Positions 20,701-30,998 of a stretch of 64,000 bases of DNA are shown here, in pieces. This stretch comes from Candidatus Staskawiczbacteria bacterium (GTDB lineage Bacteria; Patescibacteriota; Minisyncoccia; Minisyncoccales; Staskawiczbacteraceae): assembly GCA_023245145.1 (NCBI GenBank), contig JAHFKW010000001.1, forward strand, positions 9,823-73,822. The letters are read 5' to 3'. Numbering within the stretch: the stretch's first letter is position 1; the number at the start of each line of letters is the position of its first letter. Both the position numbers and the translations under genes were made by a program. The notes under the pieces were generated by a model, which did not search any database, was not told the DNA's origin, and saw only the letters and a program-made list of their open reading frames with translations.

Positions 20701-21145
20701 CTTTTTGGTAAAAAACTTGATTAAATTCACCGATTCTGGTAATGATCTTCATTTTCAACAATTCATCTAAATCCCGTCGAACAGTACGCTTGGTAATATT
20801 AGGTAATTGTTTTATTAAATCAGAAACTTGGGCTTTTTCTTTGTTCTCCAATATCTTGAGTATCTTACTTTGTCTATCTGTATAAGACGTATTCATGGGT
20901 ATTTTCTTACCTTTTAACCCTGCATATTCTTTTTTAAGAATTAACACATTGATAGCACTGATCCATCCCTGCCCAGCCGCCACATCTAAATATTTTTCCA
21001 AAACTGCAATCCCCCCTAAATCACCTTCCAAAACCGCCAGAGCCTTTTCCTTGGTTTTGTTTTTAAGCGGATCCTGATCGGGCAACGCCTCCAATAATTT
21101 ATACAGAGCGCCCGTAATTTTGACTATATCGTTTTCCATATACAA
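20684..21145 (-). CDS. DeoR-like winged-HTH protein
   Basis: RQSKIL...ITKRTVRRDLDEL. Confidence 0.75.
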   Translation of the reverse strand: MYMENDIVKITGALYKLLEALPDQDPLKNKTKEKALAVLEGDLGGIAVLEKYLDVAAGQGWISAINVLILKKEYAGLKGKKIPMNTSYTDRQSKILKILENKEKAQVSDLIKQLPNITKRTVRRDLDELLKMKIITRIGEFNQVFYQKVDRTS

Positions 21146-21201
21146 AAAAAGCCATTAAAATGGAATTAGTTATTCTACCACAGATTAGAAAATAAAAAAA
21201 G

Positions 21202-23004
21202 TTATAACTTTGTATTCCCGCCAGGAGCAGTACTGCTTTGCCAACCACCACCAACTCTTTGCATAGTTTGCTTGGTAATATTATCACCAGCCGGCCAACC
21301 GGTCACGGCATTGACTTGATCAATTACTTTTCCAGAAGCATCACTTAAAGAAAAATTTTCTCCCCCATTACCAAGAGCCCCAGTATAAATTTGATCAGCC
21401 GTAACATCGGGCACTGAAGTATCATCAGTTCTTTCCAGTAAATAAAATCCACCTGCTCCAATATTTCCAGACAGTGTAATATTGGGTGTTCCATCGGTTG
21501 CCACCAATTTCCAACCCGTCAAATCAACCGCTTCAATTCCCGAATTAAATAATTCTATCCATTCATTATTAGGAGAAATCAAGGTTCCCATCCAGGCAAT
21601 TTCATTAATAATCACTGAAGTAAAAACTGGAGGCGTAGTGGTAAGGACTGGTGGCGTAGGGGTAGGGACTGCAACAGGAGATTTAACGGGAGATTCAACG
21701 GGAAGCGCGACCGGTTCAACCACTAACAGCTCATGCAATAAGCGATTTTCATTGTCGTAAAGTAATACCGTATTAGTAAAAGCAATGGAAAATGTTTTTC
21801 CAGAATAACGTAAATCAGGCGCAATAGTGCCCGTATAATTTTCCGTGCCATCTTCATTGGCCTGTGGAGCAATTAAAAAATAACTGTGCGATGCAATGCT
21901 TCCTAAAAAAGCTCCTTTGCCTACCAAATTACTTTCCGTACCACTGGCAGTTTTCTTTTTTAGGGTAAATCCGGTCAAATCTACAACCTTATCCCCCGCA
22001 TTATAGAGCTTTACAAATTCATCTTTAACCGTTTGTCCTTCGGCCTGAACTTCACTAATGGTAATTTGGGCAAGCTCGGGTGAAGGCGCCGAGCCTCCTC
22101 CACCACCGTTGACTGTTTCCACCGATACTAATGGAGCCACATATATTCTGTTTTTTTCATGCGGTGTTAAAAAATCTAATACAAAATCTGTGGCATTATT
22201 ATCACTATCCATTTCATTCTCACTTCTGCCAATACTTTGACCAGGGATCGGATTTGGCGCTGGCAAACCATCTTTATCTTCAGCCAATCCCCATCCCAAT
22301 TTATCCGAAATTTCCCCCGCCGGATTTTTTAAAACTAGTGTGTTGTCATCGGTCAGGGGTTTGTCAACAAAAATGTCAACCATCCCGGCACCAAAACCTT
22401 GACGAGCAATCACAATATATCCATGAGCATAAATGATTTTTCCCAAAAATAGCGTACTAGCCGCAAAAGTTGAAAAACTAGCAGATGTTTTTGTCTTACG
22501 TTGTACATACCAACCGGATAAATCGACTGGTTGTTCGCCTGGGTTATACAGTTCCACAAATTCCTGTTGTTCATCATTAATGCCACCAATTTCAACTTCG
22601 GAAATTAACAATCTTGGATAAGTACTACTGTTTGAAACTTCAACAGGCAAAGGCTCGGGCGCTTTTTGCGGTGCCGGATTTTCCAAGGCTAGTTGAGTAG
22701 CCAATTCAGCTTGGAGTGCATCAATCTTGACAATCAAATCATTGGTTTGATCCACTTTTGATGGGACATTTTCAGGTACGGTAGTTACGACAACGAGATT
22801 ATTTTCGGGTTCTGATTCAGTTTTAAGTTCTGCTTTAAGTTTAGAAACTTCTTTAACAGCCAACTCATTTGTAGTGATCAAACCCGGCACCCATGCCCTA
22901 GGATACGATATGGCACCAAACAAAAATTCCTTTTTAAAAAAGAAGATAACCAAAAACGCAAAAAGTATCACAAAAAGAATAACTATTTTTCTCGTAGAAA
23001 ACAT
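21202..23004 (-). CDS. lamin-tail-domain surface protein (3 LTD repeats)
   Basis: Three ISEV/INEI...E(F/W)(V/I)xL(Y/F)N...VDL(S/T)G(W/F) repeats; N-terminal TM. Confidence 0.85.
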   Translation of the reverse strand: MFSTRKIVILFVILFAFLVIFFFKKEFLFGAISYPRAWVPGLITTNELAVKEVSKLKAELKTESEPENNLVVVTTVPENVPSKVDQTNDLIVKIDALQAELATQLALENPAPQKAPEPLPVEVSNSSTYPRLLISEVEIGGINDEQQEFVELYNPGEQPVDLSGWYVQRKTKTSASFSTFAASTLFLGKIIYAHGYIVIARQGFGAGMVDIFVDKPLTDDNTLVLKNPAGEISDKLGWGLAEDKDGLPAPNPIPGQSIGRSENEMDSDNNATDFVLDFLTPHEKNRIYVAPLVSVETVNGGGGGSAPSPELAQITISEVQAEGQTVKDEFVKLYNAGDKVVDLTGFTLKKKTASGTESNLVGKGAFLGSIASHSYFLIAPQANEDGTENYTGTIAPDLRYSGKTFSIAFTNTVLLYDNENRLLHELLVVEPVALPVESPVKSPVAVPTPTPPVLTTTPPVFTSVIINEIAWMGTLISPNNEWIELFNSGIEAVDLTGWKLVATDGTPNITLSGNIGAGGFYLLERTDDTSVPDVTADQIYTGALGNGGENFSLSDASGKVIDQVNAVTGWPAGDNITKQTMQRVGGGWQSSTAPGGNTKL

Positions 23005-23023
23005 ACTAGTAATAGTGAACCTA

Positions 23024-25684
23024 TCACTTCTTTGAACTCACTTTTTCTTGAATTGTCATCCTGGGCAATAACCTGGGTATCTCAAAAGTGATACTGCCAT
23101 CTTGAACCTGAATCAATACACGCGAACCCTCTATGATTTCACCTGTTACAATCTTAATGGAAAGCGGGTCTAAGATTAACCTTTGAATTATGCGCTTAAG
23201 TGGCCTTGCTCCCAAATTTGCATCAAATCCTTCTTTGATTAAAAATTCTTTGGCTTTTTCAGAAATATTAATACTAATAAACTTGGTAGCCAGTCGCTTG
23301 GCCACTTTTGACATTTCCAAATCCACAATTGTTTTAATTTGATCGATTTTCAAATAATTGAATATAACAATTTCATCGATTCTATTCAAAAACTCTGGTC
23401 GAAATTGGTTTTTAAGCGACTCTTCCGCCTTGTCTTTCATGGATTCCCTTTGAGAATTATCTGGACTGTTGCCAAATCCAATGGCGGACATTTTGTTGAT
23501 AAAATCGCTGCCCACATTGCTGGTCATAACAATAATAGTGTTTTTAAAACTGACCAACCGGCCTTTTGAATCGGTCAATCTGCCATCTTCAAAAATCTGC
23601 AACAAAATATTAAACACTTCGGGGTGAGCTTTTTCAATTTCATCCAGCAAAATTACCGAATATGGTCTTCGTCTGACCTTTTCAGTTAACTGTCCAGCTT
23701 CTTCATAGCCCACATAGCCGGGCGGACTGCCAATAATTTTTGATACGGTATGGCGTTCCATATACTCAGACATGTCCAGCCGAATCATGGCTTTTTCATC
23801 ATCAAATAAAAACTCAGCCAAGGCTCTTGCCGTCTCTGTTTTACCCACTCCCGTCGGCCCCAAAAACAAGAAGCTTCCCAAAGGCTTGTTTTCTTCAGAA
23901 ATGCCAGCACGAGCTCTAAGTATTGCGCGGGATATGGCACTGATGGCCTCTTCTTGGCCAATAACCCGCCTATTAAGCGTTTTTTCCATCAACTCAAGCT
24001 TTTTTGCCTCTTCGGTAATTAAACGCATGACCGGGATTCCAGTCCATCGGGAAACAACCCTAGCCACGTCCTCTTCAGTGACTTCTTCTTTCAAAAAGTG
24101 ATGGCTTTTTTGCAATTTTATCAATTTTTGTTCAATGGACTTTTGTTCTTTCAAAAGCATTGGAATCTTACCATATTTTATTTCAGCTACTTTTTCCAAA
24201 TCAGCTTCGCGCTGAGCAATTTCAGTCTGATTGTATAATCCGTCAATTTTCTGCCTGATAACTTTAATTTTATTAATCAATTCTTTTTCGGCAGACCATT
24301 TTGCCCGCAATTCTTTAGTTTTTTCTTTTATTTCGGCCAACTCTTTAGCAATGACCCTTAATCGTTTTTCAGAATCTTTTTCCTTTTTTAGAGCCTGTTT
24401 TTCAATCTCTAGTTTAGTAATTTCTTCATCGTATTTTTCTAATTCCTGCGGTTCGGATTCAATTTCCAACCTTAAAGCACTACCAGCTTCGTCCATTAAA
24501 TCTACGGCTTTATCGGGCAAAAAGCGGTCTGAAATATAGCGTGAACTCAATTCAACCGCGGCCTTAATAGCCGAGTCTTTGATTCTCACACCATGGTGCA
24601 CTTCGTATTTTTCTTTAATACCGCGTAAAATAGCCGTCGCATCTTCAAGTGTAGGCTCTTGCACATAAATCGGCTGAAATCTTCGTTCGAGAGCGAGATC
24701 TTTTTCAATATATTTTTGGTACTCTTTTAAAGTGGTGGCTCCAATGGCCCGAAGTTCTCCGCGAGCTAGAGCCGGCTTTAATAAATTAGATGCATCAATA
24801 GCTCCCTCGGCCGCTCCCGCACCAACCAGCGTATGTAATTCATCAATAAACAAAATATATTTATCCGGAGTTCGGCTGATTTCTTTTAACAAAGCTTTTA
24901 TTCTTGTTTCAAATTCTCCGCGGTATTTGGTGCCAGCAATAATTGAGCCCAAATCTAAAGAAATAACTTCTTTATTGCGTAAAAATTCCGGCACATTGCC
25001 ACGAGCCACTCGTTGGGCAAAACCCTCAACAATGGCGGTTTTTCCTACGCCGGCTTCCCCAATTAACACCGGATTATTTTTAGTCCTGCGGGAAATAATT
25101 TGCATTAATCTGCGAATTTCGTTATCTCTGCCAATAATCGGGTCAATTTTTCCGGCAGCGGCCATGTCGGTTAAGTTTCTGGTATATTTTTCAATAACTT
25201 GGTATTTGGATTCTGGTTCGGGGTCCGTTACACGTTGACCACCGCGAAGTTGCGCCAACATTTTCAGAACTTCTTGATAATCCAGTCTTTCCAACACCTC
25301 TTTGGCCAAGGATTTAACTTCTAAGAGCGCGAGGAATAAATGTTCAACGGAAATAAACTCATCCTGCATATTCATAGATTCTTGACGAGCCCGATCAAGT
25401 ACTTTGGCCATGTCTTGGGTTAAATAAAATTGGCCAAACGAGGTAGGTGCAGTCATGGCGGGAATTCTGGAAAGTTGCGCCTCCGCCTTCTTTTTTAATA
25501 CATCAACATCGGCGCCCAATTTTTGCATAATAGTCAAAACCACCGAACCCTCTTGGTTAAGCAATGAAAAAAGCAAATGCAGGGCATCAATTTGCTGTTG
25601 GCCTTTTTCTTGTGCCAAAGCTTGAGCCGACATAATGGCATCCTGTGCTTTGTTGGTAAAATTAGCTCCGCCCGGTTGCATCAT
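23024..25684 (-). CDS. clpB: ATP-dependent chaperone ClpB
   Basis: Two AAA+ modules ([16 protein letters not shown]), long M-domain coiled coil. Confidence 0.93.
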   Translation of the reverse strand: MMQPGGANFTNKAQDAIMSAQALAQEKGQQQIDALHLLFSLLNQEGSVVLTIMQKLGADVDVLKKKAEAQLSRIPAMTAPTSFGQFYLTQDMAKVLDRARQESMNMQDEFISVEHLFLALLEVKSLAKEVLERLDYQEVLKMLAQLRGGQRVTDPEPESKYQVIEKYTRNLTDMAAAGKIDPIIGRDNEIRRLMQIISRRTKNNPVLIGEAGVGKTAIVEGFAQRVARGNVPEFLRNKEVISLDLGSIIAGTKYRGEFETRIKALLKEISRTPDKYILFIDELHTLVGAGAAEGAIDASNLLKPALARGELRAIGATTLKEYQKYIEKDLALERRFQPIYVQEPTLEDATAILRGIKEKYEVHHGVRIKDSAIKAAVELSSRYISDRFLPDKAVDLMDEAGSALRLEIESEPQELEKYDEEITKLEIEKQALKKEKDSEKRLRVIAKELAEIKEKTKELRAKWSAEKELINKIKVIRQKIDGLYNQTEIAQREADLEKVAEIKYGKIPMLLKEQKSIEQKLIKLQKSHHFLKEEVTEEDVARVVSRWTGIPVMRLITEEAKKLELMEKTLNRRVIGQEEAISAISRAILRARAGISEENKPLGSFLFLGPTGVGKTETARALAEFLFDDEKAMIRLDMSEYMERHTVSKIIGSPPGYVGYEEAGQLTEKVRRRPYSVILLDEIEKAHPEVFNILLQIFEDGRLTDSKGRLVSFKNTIIVMTSNVGSDFINKMSAIGFGNSPDNSQRESMKDKAEESLKNQFRPEFLNRIDEIVIFNYLKIDQIKTIVDLEMSKVAKRLATKFISINISEKAKEFLIKEGFDANLGARPLKRIIQRLILDPLSIKIVTGEIIEGSRVLIQVQDGSITFEIPRLLPRMTIQEKVSSKK

Positions 25685-25726
25685 ATTTTTATTATATCAC
25701 TTATTTGATTTTATTATAGCAAAAAA

Positions 25727-25753
25727 CTAGCAGAGTGCAATAGCGAGTGCTAA
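25727..25753 (-). promoter_or_regulatory. CIRCE-like element (HrcA operator)
   Basis: TTAGCACTC-N9-CTCTGCTAG; one perfect half-site, overlapping clpB promoter. Confidence 0.7.
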
Positions 25754-25826
25754 GTATTGACATTATAGCTATAATATTATAGCATTTTAACAACGGTAAA
25801 TAACTCTTACGCTAAAGAGGTGAAAA

Positions 25827-26234
25827 ATGCAGACTGGAGATATTTGTTTTTTGGTGTCGTTAACCATTACAATCGTCTTTGCCACGGCTATGGGGCTCTG
25901 CTGGAGAGAAGGTGGAGTTATGCCAATCTTCATGTTCATTATTACCCTCCTCTTTTTTGGGCTAACGACATCGGTTTGGTACCTGGAACTACATGGAGAA
26001 GAAGGGTATCACCCTGATGCTAGACTTAAAAAAGGCATATCTTATGAGGTGTTATTCTCTTTCCGGGACAAAAATGGCAAGCTAAAAGGGCTCGTCAGAA
26101 ACCTTAAAGATGGAAGTGACCACCTTGTACTGTTCGCAAAAGAGAGGCCCAAGCGATTTATAGTTATCGGTGTTTCTGGACAAATAGGGTGGCGAAAAAT
26201 TGAAGTCAGGGAACTGACAGAAAAAGAAAAGTGA
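25827..26234 (+). CDS. hypothetical membrane protein
   Basis: GAGGTG SD, two TMs, own TTGACA promoter and terminator. Confidence 0.65.
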   Translation: MQTGDICFLVSLTITIVFATAMGLCWREGGVMPIFMFIITLLFFGLTTSVWYLELHGEEGYHPDARLKKGISYEVLFSFRDKNGKLKGLVRNLKDGSDHLVLFAKERPKRFIVIGVSGQIGWRKIEVRELTEKEK

Positions 26235-26263
26235 CTACGAAAGAAGCTGAGAAAATCAGCTTC

Positions 26264-26292
26264 AAGCGAGCATCCCAGTGCTCGCTTTTTTT
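26264..26292 (+). terminator. intrinsic terminator
   Basis: AAGCGAGCA-N6-TGCTCGCTT plus T-run. Confidence 0.75.
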
Positions 26293-26294
26293 GC

Positions 26295-26323
26295 AAAAAA
26301 AATCCCGCCTCTCTGGAGGCGGG
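26295..26323 (-). terminator. intrinsic terminator
   Basis: CCCGCCTC-N4-GAGGCGGG plus T-run on - strand. Confidence 0.7.
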
Positions 26324-26330
26324 CCTACAA

Positions 26331-26540
26331 TTATTCAGACATAATATTTGCTCTGGCTTCAGCAATCCTAAGGAGTGTCATATCAAGCACTGACTGCAAA
26401 GTCAGTTCAGCATCGGTCAGAGCGGTCAACTGTTCAGAAAGAGGAAGATCTGACCTCCCACTCATGATTTGCATCAATTTTGACGCTTGACGATAAGACA
26501 TTGCACCGCTTAGGAATCTACTCAACAATGAGTCGTCCAC
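26331..26540 (-). CDS. small hypothetical protein
   Basis: AAGGGG SD, upstream TTGACT...TAGAAT promoter, downstream terminator. Confidence 0.5.
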   Translation of the reverse strand: MDDSLLSRFLSGAMSYRQASKLMQIMSGRSDLPLSEQLTALTDAELTLQSVLDMTLLRIAEARANIMSE

Positions 26541-26611
26541 AAAAACCCCTTTCTTTTGAGTATTGGATTAACTGAATTATATTCTATCTAAATCCCCCAA
26601 AAAGTCAATTT

Positions 26612-27916
26612 TTAACTCCTCTCTGTTAGCACCACTTCAATGTCCATTTCTTTTTCACCTCGTAATACCTTTAACCTAACCTTGTCATCCGGTCTGTATT
26701 TTTGAATTATTTTAGCCAAAGAATTAGCTGAAGTTACCCTCTCCCCATTTAATTCCAATACAATATCTTTTTCTCTGATATCCGCTTTTTGAGCCGGACT
26801 ATCTTTGGTGGTCGCCGATTCACCATTATCGCCTTTCATCACCAATGCACCATAATCCACCTTCAAATTATATTTTTCTTTGACTTTTTCATCTATGAGC
26901 ACGTATCTGACCCCCAAAAACGGATAGACAATTTTGTTAGTGGCAGCCACTTGGTTGATGTCGCGCTTGGCAATATTAATGGGAATTGTAAAACCAATTG
27001 ACTGACTGCCCTGCGCCATAGCCGTATTGACCCCAATCACTTCGCCTTTTAAATTTAAGAGTGGCCCGCCGGAGTTTCCCGGATTAATGGCGGCATCGGT
27101 TTGAATAATACCTTCCAAGGTTTCAGAAAAACTGCCAGCTTGATCGGAAGCGTTCACCGTTCTACCTAATCCCGACACCACACCCACTGAAACTGTGTTA
27201 GAAAACTGCCCTAATGCGTTGCCAATCGCAATCGCTCCCTGACCAATCTGAACCCCATTTGAATCGCCCAACAATATGGCGGGGAATTTTTCGGCCTGCC
27301 CTGAGTCTGTCGAATGGGTGATTTTTATAATCGCCAAATCTTGTACCGGGTCTAGCGCCAACACCTTAGCTTTATACTTTTTACCATCCGACGTAAAAAC
27401 CGTATAATCTGCTTTTTTGTCCGACACCACGTGTTTATTGGTTAAAACCAATCCATCTTCCGATACAATAAACCCCGACCCCGCACCCACTTCCTGATAT
27501 TTACTGCCCTTTTGCACCTGCTGTGGAACTAAAATGTCAAAGGGTGAATTTTCGCCAAACGGATTAATTAATTGCTGTTCGTAGACCGGCAAATATTTGG
27601 AAATAACAATGCTGACCACCGATGGACTAGCCGATTTAACAGCATTAATAACAGCTTGTTCATACGAAATTTGTGAAACATACTTTTCGGCCGGTTTTGG
27701 AGCCAGCGTGAATTGATACTCTACACTGTTTTTCACCCCCTCCATAAAAGTATGATAGCGACTCTTAATATCTTCCAGAGACAAACGACCCATGGCAAAC
27801 TGTGATGCTACAAAAATAATCAGTACCAGCAAAAAAACCTGCAAAACCTTATGACGCAAGATTTTTGAAAACTTTTTCTGGAATTCATCGCTATTAAAGT
27901 CGGGTAAGTTATACAT
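26612..27916 (-). CDS. htrA: HtrA/DegP-family serine protease with PDZ
   Basis: GSGF, TNKHV, DLA, TDAAINPGNSGGPL, C-terminal PDZ. Confidence 0.93.
   Translation of the reverse strand: MYNLPDFNSDEFQKKFSKILRHKVLQVFLLVLIIFVASQFAMGRLSLEDIKSRYHTFMEGVKNSVEYQFTLAPKPAEKYVSQISYEQAVINAVKSASPSVVSIVISKYLPVYEQQLINPFGENSPFDILVPQQVQKGSKYQEVGAGSGFIVSEDGLVLTNKHVVSDKKADYTVFTSDGKKYKAKVLALDPVQDLAIIKITHSTDSGQAEKFPAILLGDSNGVQIGQGAIAIGNALGQFSNTVSVGVVSGLGRTVNASDQAGSFSETLEGIIQTDAAINPGNSGGPLLNLKGEVIGVNTAMAQGSQSIGFTIPINIAKRDINQVAATNKIVYPFLGVRYVLIDEKVKEKYNLKVDYGALVMKGDNGESATTKDSPAQKADIREKDIVLELNGERVTSANSLAKIIQKYRPDDKVRLKVLRGEKEMDIEVVLTERS
27294..27318. repeat. in-frame dispersed palindromic repeat (family B) in htrA
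   Basis: rc CCCATTCGACAGACTCAGGGCAGGC, similar to copy in comEC (36254-36278). Confidence 0.65.
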
Positions 27917-27930
27917 ACACTTATTTTATA

Positions 27931-28350
27931 TCATCTAAAATAAAATATCAAAAGAGTCATTCCAAAACCCAAGAAGGCTCCGCATATCACATCCACAAGG
28001 TAATGTTTTTTCAAAAATATTCTAGAATAACCTACTAGCCATACAAAAATAGTACCAGATACCATAAGCATAAAAGACGGATAAAGCAAAATGGCACATG
28101 TTGCTAGAACAGAAGCTCGGGCAGTGTGGATACTAGGAAAACTATTGGCATTAATTTTTTGGTAAAAATAATTACGAGGAAAAGGTACGGGTCTTTCTTT
28201 GTGGTAGAAAAACTTAATACCCCAACAGAATATTTCAACCACTAACATTATGATAAAAAAATACGGGTAAAAAATCAAAGCAATATAGCAAATTGGCGTA
28301 CCAAAAAAAGTTACGGCCATCCAAAACAACTTAGCTATTTTTATTTTCAT
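27931..28350 (-). CDS. PAP2-family phosphatase
   Basis: K...RP, SFPSIH, SRIFLKKHYLVD. Confidence 0.88.
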   Translation of the reverse strand: MKIKIAKLFWMAVTFFGTPICYIALIFYPYFFIIMLVVEIFCWGIKFFYHKERPVPFPRNYFYQKINANSFPSIHTARASVLATCAILLYPSFMLMVSGTIFVWLVGYSRIFLKKHYLVDVICGAFLGFGMTLLIFYFR

Positions 28351-29047
28351 TATAATGGTTAAACTTATACTTGAAGATATCGGATTTTACGGGTCCAATA
28401 AAAATCATGTGTAATTCACAGAGCAAATATTTGGCACCAGTTTTTACCCAACCATCTTGACGCCATCTCCTATCTGAGACTAAAATTTCTGTTGATCGTA
28501 TTATCCCCCCTTCCCCATCTTTTTTCATCGCCCGCCGGGCCAAATCATGGTCTTCGGCCAACTGAATGGTTTCATCATAGCCATTTAATTTCTCAAAAAG
28601 GTTTTTCTTGACTAAAATTCCCACTGCCGAATGAGGCAACACGGCCTCTAGGGCCACTATCATTTTATTATAAAAAGTATTCATCAAAAAATAAGACAGC
28701 TTTTTTTCCGGAAAAGGACGTAAACAAAAACTGGCGATATCTATATTTCTTGCATAAAATTCTTCTAAAGATTTTTTAAAAAAATCATCAGGTAGTATGG
28801 TGTCAGCATCAATAAAAAAGAGTAAATCGCCTTTGGCAACTTTAGCGCCATTATTTCTGCCCTTAGCCGGCAAACCACCCTTGGTAACCACACAACCATA
28901 TTGATTTGCAATGGCAACCGTTGTATCTTTGGAACCGGCATCTGCCACAATTATCTCGTAGTCAACCAAATCTTGCTTTTTAATAGATTCCAATAAAAAG
29001 GGTAAAAATTCTTCTTCGTTAAGCGTGGGAATAATAATACTTAGCAT
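28331..29047 (-). CDS. glycosyltransferase family 2
   Basis: MLSIIIPTLNEE, DAGSKD, FIDAD, ED. Confidence 0.9.
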   Translation of the reverse strand: MLSIIIPTLNEEEFLPFLLESIKKQDLVDYEIIVADAGSKDTTVAIANQYGCVVTKGGLPAKGRNNGAKVAKGDLLFFIDADTILPDDFFKKSLEEFYARNIDIASFCLRPFPEKKLSYFLMNTFYNKMIVALEAVLPHSAVGILVKKNLFEKLNGYDETIQLAEDHDLARRAMKKDGEGGIIRSTEILVSDRRWRQDGWVKTGAKYLLCELHMIFIGPVKSDIFKYKFNHYNENKNS

Positions 29048-29064
29048 AATAGTAAATTTAAGGT

Positions 29065-29985
29065 TTATTTTATCACCAAAATAGCTAATCCCAAAATAAT
29101 CGCCAACACAGAGCATGTTTTCTGGATAATTACTTTCTTAGAAATTTCCTCTTTTAATATACTTGGGGAAAAAAGGGTAAAAAATATGGTAATGACGAAT
29201 AAAAATATATATTGTATTCCCCTTAAGGAATTAGCAATCGCTAAATACGAGATGGGTACCAAGTAAATCGCCAAACTCTGTAAAATATTGGCGATACCGC
29301 CGGCAGTTTGTGTAAAAATAAAAAGTATAGCAGTTTTTTTGTTGACTGTCGCTTTTTTTGAAAAAACCTGAGAGCGCAACGCTGTATCAGTAAGAAATAT
29401 CAAAGAAAATAAAAAAGTGGATAGTCCGATCCAGAACAATCCCTGCAAAAATGTTTGGTGCAAAAATACAAATTTAGAAAAGAGATATCCCAAAGAAAAC
29501 AGAAAAGAAGCAGTGATATTTAAGACCAAGAATTCACCGGTTATTTTTGATGTTTTCTCAATGGAAATAATAATACTTCCAAAAAGCAACAACGTAAATG
29601 CCAATAAAATCCGCCCACTAATCACTTGACCACCCCAAACCAAACAACTTAATAGTAACACAAAAATTGGTTGCAGGGCTCCTATGGTGGGCATAACACG
29701 TGAAACTTCAAACTTTTGAAGAGCGCAAAACATTGCCCAAAGACCCAGCGTCGATACCAGTGAGGTGGCTATAATCCACACCATGGTCATTACGCTTGGC
29801 AAACTAAGCGTGGTGAACGGGAGCAAAAAAATAACTAATATATTCATTACCCCTATCCAAAATGTATAGAACTTAGGATTCAAAGCAGCCGAGGCTGATT
29901 TGGCAGACAAAATAAGCTTATCTCCAAAAAAAGAAAAACTAAAAAATAGATACGATAGGATAATAATGAAAAGCCAAGATAACAT
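29065..29985 (-). CDS. EamA/DMT-like membrane transporter
   Basis: About 10 TM helices in two repeats. Confidence 0.7.
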   Translation of the reverse strand: MLSWLFIIILSYLFFSFSFFGDKLILSAKSASAALNPKFYTFWIGVMNILVIFLLPFTTLSLPSVMTMVWIIATSLVSTLGLWAMFCALQKFEVSRVMPTIGALQPIFVLLLSCLVWGGQVISGRILLAFTLLLFGSIIISIEKTSKITGEFLVLNITASFLFSLGYLFSKFVFLHQTFLQGLFWIGLSTFLFSLIFLTDTALRSQVFSKKATVNKKTAILFIFTQTAGGIANILQSLAIYLVPISYLAIANSLRGIQYIFLFVITIFFTLFSPSILKEEISKKVIIQKTCSVLAIILGLAILVIK

Positions 29986-29993
29986 AATTATAA

Positions 29994-30998
29994 TTACATA
30001 AATAACTTTTTAGCCTCATCCCAAATTTCCGGATTTTGTTTGCTTTCTTTTAACCAGTACATCCATTCCGCGCCCCAAAGGTAAAAAGTATCCAAGCCTG
30101 TAGCCCTGGCATATTGGATATTATTTTTAAACTTTAACAAATTCATAGTTTTTTCTTGTTCAAACAAAGGCACTTCGTGAAAAGATCCGTTTATCCAAGG
30201 CTCTGCCTGGAGCTCAACTCCAATTACCTTTTTTGAGAAAAAACTTTGCACTAATTTGGCTTTATACCAATACACAATAGGGGGAATGGGGAAATTAATA
30301 TAGAAACCAATTTTGTTATTAATATGAAACCATGCCCTTCTATAAGTAGTAAACCCCACAATATCACCCAACTTGGCTGCCTTAAGCCACATTGATTGTT
30401 CTCCCGAATCAGAAATAACCACCGGCCTTGTGTTATCAATAGATTTTATCAATGCCACCTCTTTTTTTAAAAAATCTGCATCGTACCAAGGACAAATACC
30501 AAAGTTAAAGAACGGTTCATTTTCAGCTTGCCAAGCAACAATAGCACCATTATTCTTATATCTTATAACCACTTCTTTCAAATAATGCAAGATACTGTCT
30601 TGTTGTTCTTTTTTTGAAAGCTTCTTGGCCCAGCTTGGCACATGGCACTCCGGCCACCTACCCGTTTTCATTCCTACGACATAAATAATATCAACATTAT
30701 GTTTTTTGGCCTGTTCTAACTGCCAGTCAATATCATTAAAGTAGTAATCGCCAGATGTCGTTCCTTCAACAAAATCCCATTGAGTGTGTAACTTAATATG
30801 TTGAGTGCCTAAATCTTCCAAGATAGCCAGATAGACTTTCTTCCATTCCAGTTTTAAGGCTTCAGTTTGCATTTGAGAAAAATTAACTCCCCAAGTAATA
30901 TTTTTTTGCTCTGATGGTTTAACTATAAACAGTGCGTATAAAAAAAGCATAAAAAATACAACTAACACTATCAATGTTGTTTTAAAAAATTTAGACAT
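29994..30998 (-). CDS. GH-A clan glycoside hydrolase-like protein
   Basis: WQAENEP acid/base motif, ELQAEPW, N-terminal anchor. Confidence 0.7.
   Translation of the reverse strand: MSKFFKTTLIVLVVFFMLFLYALFIVKPSEQKNITWGVNFSQMQTEALKLEWKKVYLAILEDLGTQHIKLHTQWDFVEGTTSGDYYFNDIDWQLEQAKKHNVDIIYVVGMKTGRWPECHVPSWAKKLSKKEQQDSILHYLKEVVIRYKNNGAIVAWQAENEPFFNFGICPWYDADFLKKEVALIKSIDNTRPVVISDSGEQSMWLKAAKLGDIVGFTTYRRAWFHINNKIGFYINFPIPPIVYWYKAKLVQSFFSKKVIGVELQAEPWINGSFHEVPLFEQEKTMNLLKFKNNIQYARATGLDTFYLWGAEWMYWLKESKQNPEIWDEAKKLFM

Noticed and set aside
21640-21720. Pro-rich 12-bp repeats in the lamin-tail gene (also PTN repeats near 18855-18885)
   Set aside because: Ordinary low-complexity interdomain linkers
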